A stretch of DNA of 64,000 bases, from NCBI RefSeq assembly GCF_006345805.1, contig NC_043014.1, forward strand, positions 20,398,001-20,462,000, in the 5' to 3' direction. Shown here piece by piece: positions 54,462 through 64,000 of the stretch. The DNA comes from Octopus sinensis. Its lineage: Eukaryota. The translations under genes were made by a program, and so were the position numbers. The notes under the pieces are model-generated. The model did not search any database and was not told where the DNA came from. It saw only the letters and a program-made list of their open reading frames with translations. Each line of letters opens with the position of its first letter. The stretch's first letter is position 1.

Positions 54462-54815
54462 CAACGCCAGCAAATTCACGGGCTGGGATAAGACGATTAC
54501 GTCGACCCCAGTATTCAACAGGTACTTATTTTAGCGAAAGGGATGAAAGTCAAATTCGAAACTAGCAGCGTTTAAACTTAGATTGTAGTGCCGGAAGAAA
54601 TGCAACAAACCATTTTTACCGGCGTGGTACCGATTCTGCCAGATCTCCGCCCTTATACATCAATATTTAGTTTAAAATTTGGGGTGGTGAGCTGGCAGAT
54701 TCGCTAGCACGCCGAACAAAATGCTTAGCAGCACTTCGTACGTCTTTGCGCTCTGAGTTCAAATTCCGCCGATGTTGACTTTGCCTTTCATCGTTTCAAA
54801 GTAAAATAAGAAACA
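54462..54815. mobile_element. Head-to-head inverted pair of family C SINEs
   Basis: Minus copy about 54462-54650, plus copy about 54686-54815. Confidence 0.7.
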
Positions 54816-55514
54816 GTCGAGCACTTACCCACTTCTCTAAAACTGCTTACCCACTTCCCTAAAACCAATAAGTCAAATCTTACTCATATCCATAACAACA
54901 TAGTCTTTCCAAGACTCGGCTTACTTTCGCATATTCAGCTATTAGTCTCTTGTCTCCTACGGGCATTTTTTTTGTATCAGCAAAATCCTGCACAGTCAAG
55001 TCATTCAACGAGTGCATTTAGTCATTTCCAATGACCTGTCTTACATCTTCAGTTCACTGAATTTGATCTGAGTCAAAGAGGATGCCTCTTTACGATGCAG
55101 TTACCCATATTTTCGCAACAAAGGAGCCATTAAATTCAAATAAATTTTTGTATGGACCCAGATTTTTGAAACGTCGGTCTAGTCATTCAATTGAGTTTAT
55201 TCACAAATTTTCTCAAATCATCGAAAGATATGTCTGAATAATAATATGTAACCGTGTAATTATACGTTTTGTACTGCAGCCTTTTAACATTCTAGTCACA
55301 GCTCACGGGTTTCATTACTAAACACAGCTCACTGATCTTCAATAGTATAATTGTGGACCTCGAGCATCACTGATTTCTTGATTAGGAACCGCGATTCTAA
55401 TGTCTTAAATAAGAAAGAAGACATAGTACATCTAACACAATCTAATCCACGATATGCATACTGTAAACAAAAATCGAAAGATCGCAAGCAATACTTGAAA
55501 AAGAGTGAACGTCA

Positions 55515-56323
55515 GTAAGAGTGTGCAAGTGTCAGCTGGGTGACATATCAAGCCTACCACCGAAGAGCTCAGAATGCAAAAAGTCACGTCTGCTTTTCAA
55601 CCAAGGAGAGCCCGCGGAATTCCACAAATCGAACTAGCACTGAGCTTGCGATCCCTCAAACCACTATCTGGCGTATGCCAAGAAGACGTCTACATTTGAA
55701 ACCATACAGACGACGCCTCGTTCCGGCACTTACCAATGACGACAAGAGGAAGCGGATAGAATTTTGTGACTCGATGCTGGAGATGATGGAAGATGAAACC
55801 TTCATTTCACGTTTAATTTTTAGTGATGAAGCGACTTTTCACTTTAGAGGCACAGTCACTCGTCACAATGTGCATATTTGGGGAACAGAGTACCCACATG
55901 AAACAATTGGGCAAGAAAGAGATTACCCCTAAGGTGAACGTCTTCTGTGCTGTGTCTCAGGACAAGGTTTATGATCCCTTTTTTCTTTGTAGGTAACACC
56001 GTTACAGGACAAACTTATCTCGATATGCTCCAAAACGGGCCCTTCACTTGACTGTAAGCAGATTCCACCGCTACCAATTCACCTCGATTACCTTAAACAT
56101 CGAATAACAACAGCGATCAACTCAGTGGATCATGATATGCTGATACGCGTCTGGAAAGAATTCTCTTATCGCATTGATGTTTCCCGTGTTGCAGGGAGTG
56201 GCCACATTGAACACTTATAAGACAGGAAATAAAAGGTGATAGTGAGTAAACACTTGTGACTATTGCTTTTACTGATTAAAATATTGCGTAATGAAATTGG
56301 TTCAGTCTTTTTGAATAACCCTG
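55515..56323 (+). mobile_element. Tc1/mariner-superfamily relic of maT/DD37D type, internally deleted, right TIR present
   Basis: RRRLHLKPY, IFSDEATFH..G.V.RHN..IWG.E.PH, KVNVFCAVS, C-terminal LKHRITTAI..V..DML.RVW.E..YRID...G.HIEHL; ends ...GAATAACCCTG|TA; second and third catalytic residues deleted. Confidence 0.85.
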
Positions 56324-57409
56324 TATAATCATACACACCTACGCATAAGATTATATGCACGTCTGTATACACATATGCAAACATCTACATATGCCTACTT
56401 ACCCCCATACACAAATATATTTACACACCTACACACACACCTATCTATACACGCCTACATACATCTATATGTACGCGCCAACTTACATAGCTGCTATTCA
56501 AATAAAATTACAATGCTTCTACTACTACCTGCAATAACTAAGCATACACCTAATTATGGCGCTACTGCTAGAAATGCCAGTAAAATCTCTCACAAATCAC
56601 GCACATCTGTTTCAAAGAAGGGGAAAGGAACATTTGAGAATGTTGGCGAAATACACTACCATAAAAAATAGATGGGATGGTCACGGTAGGTAGTCTTTTA
56701 ATCAGAGACCTGCTGAAATAGCAACCAAATCTTCCTCAATTGTTCTTTACTCATTAAAAAATGAAGTTACATTGGATAATCTCGTCCCCGATATACTTTG
56801 AAATATAAATAGTTGAGAGGGTCATGGACGTACCATCTTTGATCATAAGTGTTCCTGATGAGAGATAATCTGGGGTCAAATACTAACAACAATATGAAAA
56901 TTTTCCAGCGGGCATCGGATCTGCTAGATACAGTAGCTAAACTTTTCTCTCATTACACCGCACCGTCCTAAAAGAGAGTACGCTGGACTTAAGACATTGA
57001 AGGGATAGTCATGAATAGAATGCCTTTGATAATAATTCTGTTCAACCAGAAAACTAAATGTCATAAATATTTCACCAGCATTTCACCTTTATTAATCCGA
57101 TGATCGTCCTTAACGCCATCAACACTACTACGTGTTCCACTATGCTACCACTGACACCGCCATCACCCCAACATCATCGCCAACACCACCTCATCACACC
57201 ATTAAGCAAAAGCCAACGAACATCGCCGAATTCACTACGTCACCGTACGCTAATACACTATAGTCATCAATTCTACACTACCGCTAGTACTACTACATTG
57301 CCAACTACTCTAATACACAATCACCCATAGCAATGCACCACTAATGCACCACCTCCTACAACATAATCCACTACTAATCTTATCGTTCATGTTTACCACC
57401 ACCACAAGG

Positions 57410-57660
57410 TAAAAGTAAAGGTTACCATCTCGAGTCCCACCGACTCACAAGGGTCGTTTTCCCGGTTTTCATGGCGCGTGTATATTCTTCACCTGGACGG
57501 GACGCGGGTCCGTCGCAGGATTACTCGTTTTTGCCAGCTGAGTGGACTGAAAGGAAACGTCTTGCTCAAGAACACAACGCGTCGCTCGGTCCAGGAATCA
57601 AACCAACAATCTTACGATTATGAGTGCAACACCCTCTAACCACTAAGTCACGAGCTTCCA
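57410..57660 (-). mobile_element. tRNA-derived SINE fragment
   Basis: Minus-strand head gtgacttagtggttagag...ttgattcc, gttcttgagcaagac motif, and a GC-rich 3' part ending in aaggtaaaagtaaagg on plus. Confidence 0.6.
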
Positions 57661-58399
57661 CACCACTGCCACTACACTGCTGTCACACCACTACCACCAC
57701 AACATTACCTCCACGAGAGTACCACGTCTCTACGCCATTACCACCATAAAAGCCAGTTTTCATCTCTTACACCTTTGTCACTACCACTACTAACCCTGCC
57801 GTTACGCCGCCACCATTTTCCCATATATGTCATTTCTTTCTCGTACAACTGTCTTCACAAATCAATTGTCATACCTGTAATTCTGTCAAATATCTACTAT
57901 ATCACTACTATTATTACTATTTTTTTTTCAGTTTACCACCACCATTATAACACAACCACCACTGCTAATACAGCCATCTTCCACCATCGATATTCGATTA
58001 GAACAACAAAGAATTACATTAATCCTATAACAAACAATTATATTCATTTTCGTTGTAGCAATAAATTTGATACCGACAATGAAAATATGTTAAATGTCTT
58101 TTTACGGTTGTTTTAATTTCTTACCTAACGTAAATTGTCCATATGTATGTGTGTATGTGTGTGTGTGAGTGTGCGTGCGTGTATAAGTGTGCGTGTATGT
58201 GTGCGTGTATATGTGCATGCGTGTGTGTATGTGCGTGTGAGAGAGAAGGGGGAGAGAGCGTGTTTACATATATTTGCGCTGTTACAAATAGTGTGGATGG
58301 AGGTAAAAGCTTCTCTTTCAGGTTAATACTCTGACCCATTAGTCTTGAATGTATCAGCCTCACAAGGCATAATACTTGAGCCTCTCTAGTTCTAAGTCT

Positions 58400-58800
58400 T
58401 CGTGAATCTCCTCGTTCTATGCAAACAAGCTGCACCTCTAAGCTAAGGACTCCACAATCTTTGCACCAGTAAGATCGACAAGAAAAATCAATGTAGCTGT
58501 TGCTAGCTTAAATAAAGAGCTTGTGTGGATCTATGCAGCAAATTGGAAAATAACATGAGAGCTTTCAATAAAAAGGTCAACAAAACTTGAAAATAAATTT
58601 TGGAAATTGCTGGCTACCTGTAAACAAGCAGCGAAAGATCTTGGGAATACACATAGACAGCAGAGTAGACAGAGAAGAGATCTCCGCTATACGTAACAGA
58701 GATGACCAGAGGCAAGGGATACTATGAAACATGGCAGTCAAGTTGAAATAGAAGCTGTTCGGACAAATGACACACAAAGCAGAACCAACCAACAGTAGAC
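58400..58800 (+). mobile_element. Possible decayed CR1/L2-like RT fragment
   Basis: Broken-frame resemblance to the YADD, WxxxFNxxK and KDLG motifs (AAKDLG). Confidence 0.35.
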
Positions 58801-58842
58801 GAAAATATGGCTCTTAAGTTTATTGAAATTCATTGAACTGAA

Positions 58843-59233
58843 GCAGCGGTGTGGTAAGTAGCCTACTTACCAACCACATGGTTCAGGGTTCAGTCCCATT
58901 GCGTAGTAACTTGGGTGTCTTCTACTATAACCTCGGGCCGGCCAAAGCCTTGTGAGTGGATATGGTAAACGGAAACTGAAAGAAGTTGGTCATATATATG
59001 TGTGTGTGTGTATGTGCGCGCGCGCGTGTGTCTTTGTGTGTCTCCCCAACATCGCTTGACAACCGATGTTGGTGTGTTTACGTCCCCCTAACTTAGAGGT
59101 TCGGCAAACAGACCTATAGAATAAGTACCAGGCTTACAAAGAATAAGTTCTGGAATCGATTTGTTCGACTAAAGGCGTTGCTCCTGCATGGCCGCAGTCA
59201 AATGACTGAAACATTTAAAAGAATAAAAGAATA
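58843..59233 (+). mobile_element. SINE family A, full length
   Basis: gtgtggtaagtagcctacttaccaaccacatggttcagggttcagtccc head to aaaagaataaaagaata tail. Confidence 0.9.
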
Positions 59234-59558
59234 TGACCAGCTTACAACAGACAAGGGACAGGTTGCTGCAGCAATAATTTTCTACAAATGCACACAGGCC
59301 ATAGCTCTTCAAAACTGTAGACAATAATATCATTACCGTTTCACGAGAGTTAGGCTTACGCACGGCTAATATCACAAATGATGAACAATACGTTGTTCGT
59401 TACAGCTTTCAGCCAGCTCGCTCTTTTCTGCGAGAGTAACAAGGGAGTGTCTGTAGGTCGGTTGAGAACAACTTTTTTCAGGACGGAGGCCTCCTTTCTA
59501 AAGTGTCAGATTTTCGAAGTGTCTCATTATTGAAAGATATGTACACATATATGGATAC

Positions 59559-59591
<33 letters not shown>

Positions 59592-60856
59592 TGTATGTAT
59601 GTATGTATGTATGTATGTACGTATGTATGTATGTGTGTATGTATGTATATATGTATGTATGTATGTATGTATGTGTGTGTTTGTGTATTTATGTATGTGT
59701 ACAAAGGGAGAGAATATGCAGAAAACAGGTATATTTTTCCTATTTTTCCTTTTATATGGCCCTTACTCCGTATTCTGTGTGTCAGTGTGTCCACCTTCCA
59801 TTACCGATTAACAAACGGCGTTGATGCGTTTATGTCCCTGCAAGTCAGCAGTTCGATAAAAGTAACCGACATGATAAGTACCACGTCGATTCATTCGACT
59901 AAAGAAATTGTTCAAGGCGGTGCCCCAGGAGTCTAATGACTAAATAAGTACAAGATAAAAGATAAAAGCTTTGTGCGCGTGCGCGCGCGTGTGTGAGTGT
60001 GTGCGCACGTGTGCGTACGCTTCGATATATCACTAAGTATGGATCTACACTTAGAAAATTCTTCTCCGATGCTCAAGTCCGGGCAAGTTTTTTTTTTATG
60101 GATGACCTAATGCCTCCGATCTTGTTCATGTCGGTGACAATACAATGTTGTTCCAGTAATTTTTCTGGCGTTGCTACCGTTATAATGCAAAGAACTGGAA
60201 CAGATGATGCAACTTATATCCTCCGAGCTCTAACTATTCTACTCATCCTCCGGTTTAGTTAATAGTACTTTATTTATCGAACCCAAAATGATAAAAAGTG
60301 GGATTTGATCTCACAGCGCAGTTGTTCAAAACACATATCGCCTGGCATATTTTCCGATGCTCTGAAGATTCTCTCAATTCACTCCTTTTCATGTACACAC
60401 ACACACATACTTACATACATACACATAGATACAGAACCTCTGTTGATTGCTTCTTAGTTTGTTTTCTGTGTTTCAGACAAATGAAATAACACGAACGGTG
60501 TTATTTAGGTGAAGTTCTTATACTAAGAGTGTGATCAAATTTGCAGCTGGCGGTTTACCAATTTCTCTTATCGGGATTTCATTTTTTTCAGTCAGGTGTC
60601 TCATGCGTCTCTGTACGTCAGCGTAAATGAGCACACACACACACACACATACATGCATAAGTATACACACACACACAGACAAATATAGTACGTAAGGGGA
60701 GTATTAGTGAAATCCAGGCAATACATATGAGGGTGTGCTGCAAAGTTCCTGGCCTTGGATAAAAGAAAATACAGGAGGATCACTTATATTGTAATGGACC
60801 ATTATAATTGTCATATTATAATGGTCATTATAGTATGTTGTATGTAACTATAAAAT

Positions 60857-61214
60857 ATTTCCTTATCTCTATTTTTTAATACATCTCAACGCTTCTAAAG
60901 CAAACTTTGTTTACTTTCATCGTAGTTTGAATTTAACATAGTGTCTTATAAGCTAGATTTATAAGTTCAAAAATTGCAGATTAATTTTTCGGTGGGCAGT
61001 TTAGCTTAATGGTAAAGCACTATGACCGGTAATCACAAGGGTGCGAGTTAAAGTCTCATGACTGGCTACTGGCAAATTTTTCTGCAAAATATGCTTATTA
61101 TATTCTGTTAGCATTATTCTGCGTTTGAGAATAAATTATTTCCTTATCTGTATCTTTCAATATTTCTCAACGCTTCTGAAGCAAACTTTGTTTACTTCGT
61201 AGTTTGAATTTAAC
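60857..61214 (+). mobile_element. tRNA-like cassette (60995-61067) flanked by about 80-bp direct repeats
   Basis: Repeats 60857-60937 and 61138-61214; partial cloverleaf with D-arm GCT/AGC and anticodon arm TGA-CCGGTAA-TCA. Confidence 0.65.
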
Positions 61215-61461
61215 TATAAAATAAATTTGGTGGCTGTACAAGTGTCCATACTCTTTATAATCATTAATATTAATATATACTCCAGACACCCTTTTACTGT
61301 CCAGCGTAGGAGACACGGAATTACGTAAAGGAAGAATTCATGGAGTGACTAACTAATAATTGTCGACACAGATGTTGGATACTGATCGTTGTGGTTAACC
61401 ATTAACTGGAACTCAACGGAGAGCTAACACGGTATCATCCTGAACAATATATCCCTCCAAA

Positions 61462-62232
<771 letters not shown>

Positions 62233-63471
62233 CATATTGCAAACTGGTACTGTTGTATAACGGTGTAATGCAATGCAGCAATTTGCTCCTTTTTTTAAAT
62301 CCAAAAGTTACAATATAGCTGCCCACGAATAGAGATGTTTTAAATAAGTACGAGACATAAATTTGAAATGGGGTCTTTTGCAGTGAGTAAAAACCGTCTA
62401 AACGCTATATACAAACATGACCATCAAAATATTCTCTAAAACCAGTCATGGAAGGGAAAATAAATATATATTACATCATCCTAAATTGGAAAGCTTTTAC
62501 GCCGCAGTATAAATTCGAAGAAATATAAAACGAATTAGGAAAAATATAAAATAAATGAAAGTAGAACTAAAATAGAGGAAAATTTTTCAAGAAATTCATG
62601 TTATGAAACAATAGGCAAACAAAAGCGTATTGATATCTCAAGAAATTATGATATAATTATGTGTTATAGCTATCATATAATGAGGTATTGAAGATATATA
62701 TACGTACACTAAGTTGAAATAGTTGCTGCGCGCTGAAAAAATATACTACACCACTTTTTAATTACCATAGTGACAAAACCATTATTTTAGAAAAAATATA
62801 AAGCAATAAAAACAGGCAATGTATGTCTGTGCGTGTGTGTGCGTGTGTGTATGCTTGTGTGTGAATGAGAGGAATTGTCAGTATGTATGTGTGAGAATAT
62901 ATGTGTGTTTATGAATGTACAGAGTTGTATATTACATTAAACACAAACATACACACACATATTATATACATATGTGTATGTGCTCTGCGCACTCGCACAC
63001 TCGTGTATGAATATATGCGTATATTATGTAAGACTCAATAATATATATATATATTGATATATAAGCGAAGGTGAATTTATATAATATCATATTATTGATT
63101 TATACGATTGTATGCAAATATGAGAGTATGTAAGTTTGAGTTTATAAAATAGTGGAAATTTATGCCATAAGAGAGTAAGATATAAATATGAGACTGTTTA
63201 CCCTTATAGACGCCAGAGTAACGCATTTTGCCGCTTTTTACGTAATAAATTTAGTATTGGTTATATTTATATCTAAAATATAGATGGACATCTAATAATG
63301 GATGAAATGAGTATAATTACTTACATATATGTAAACACAGACATTTTAACTGTTGCACAATACGAAAAGGCCAAAAAGGTACATGTAAGTGACGGTGAAA
63401 TTGTATATAGGCATTTATGTGCATAGCAATATAAGCCATTATGTATATATATATATACATATAATATAGAT

Positions 63472-63590
63472 CCACGTGGCTTTGTGGTTAGGGTGTTACA
63501 CTCATTATCATAAGATTGTGGCTTCCATTCTGAGCGACGTGTTGTATTCTTGAGCAAAGCTGTTCATTTCACGTTGCTCCAGTCCACCCA
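63472..63590 (+). mobile_element. SINE family D-like head, diverged
   Basis: gtggttagggtgtt A-box region and ttcttgagcaaagc...tttcacgttgctccagtccac motif. Confidence 0.55.
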
Positions 63591-63717
63591 GTACATATGG
63601 TTCTGATGCATGTACTTGGTGTACTCTTATCAGAGTGGTAGTCATGATGGGTATATTGGGCTTCGTATATTTGTACCTCAATGCCACTTTTATGGCATGT
63701 GCTGCTCTCTCACTCAC

Positions 63718-63719
63718 TG

Positions 63720-63755
<36 letters not shown>

Positions 63756-63776
63756 TAATAATAATAATAATGATGG

Positions 63777-63812
<36 letters not shown>
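63718..63812. repeat. (AAT)n-(GAT)n microsatellite
   Basis: Direct. Confidence 0.95.
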
Positions 63813-63815
<3 letters not shown>

Positions 63816-64000
63816 CTGTAATTGGCCACAAGGACCCAAGACATGCAGGGCAATATCAAAGGACGAGAAACAACACACAAAACATCGACCAATGGGAGAC
63901 ACTACAGCATTAAAGGATGCACAAATAGAAATTAGATAAATAAATAATAAATAAATAGAATCTTCAAAGGTGTGGTAGTCCACTTCGTGCAATTCCGGGT

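Noticed and set aside
60727-60782. Mariner-type terminal repeat remnant (also tacgagggggagtcaaaaa near 10219)
   Set aside because: Single short end with no partner or transposase; too little to call an element.

Overview
Repeat-dense, AT-rich animal genomic DNA, most likely octopus/cephalopod. This is inferred from the recurrent tRNA-derived SINE families and the extreme (AT)n/(ATGT)n/(GT)n density; it was not checked against a database. There is one 100-N scaffold gap. No intact host gene is recognisable, and nearly all ORF-track entries are microsatellite translations. The window is a mosaic of SINEs, two Helitrons, three Tc1/mariner relics, LINE relics and several Penelope-like elements (PLEs). 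Best candidates for something new: (1) a young RT-less PLE at 45882-48650, with 718-bp inverted arms, each carrying a hammerhead ribozyme with a very long stem II, around an uninterrupted 387-codon GIY-YIG ORF with an Asn/Ser-rich insert; (2) an unidentified intronless 239-codon frame at 3614-4330 whose only internal stops are three TGA codons; (3) two Helitrons with different termini sharing a captured LINE-ORF1-like cargo; (4) two diverged tRNA-like cassettes each flanked by related direct repeats; (5) a foldback, (AT)n-embedded repeat family carrying a conserved orphan peptide. All alignments and folds were done by eye. SINE family labels A-D are my own.
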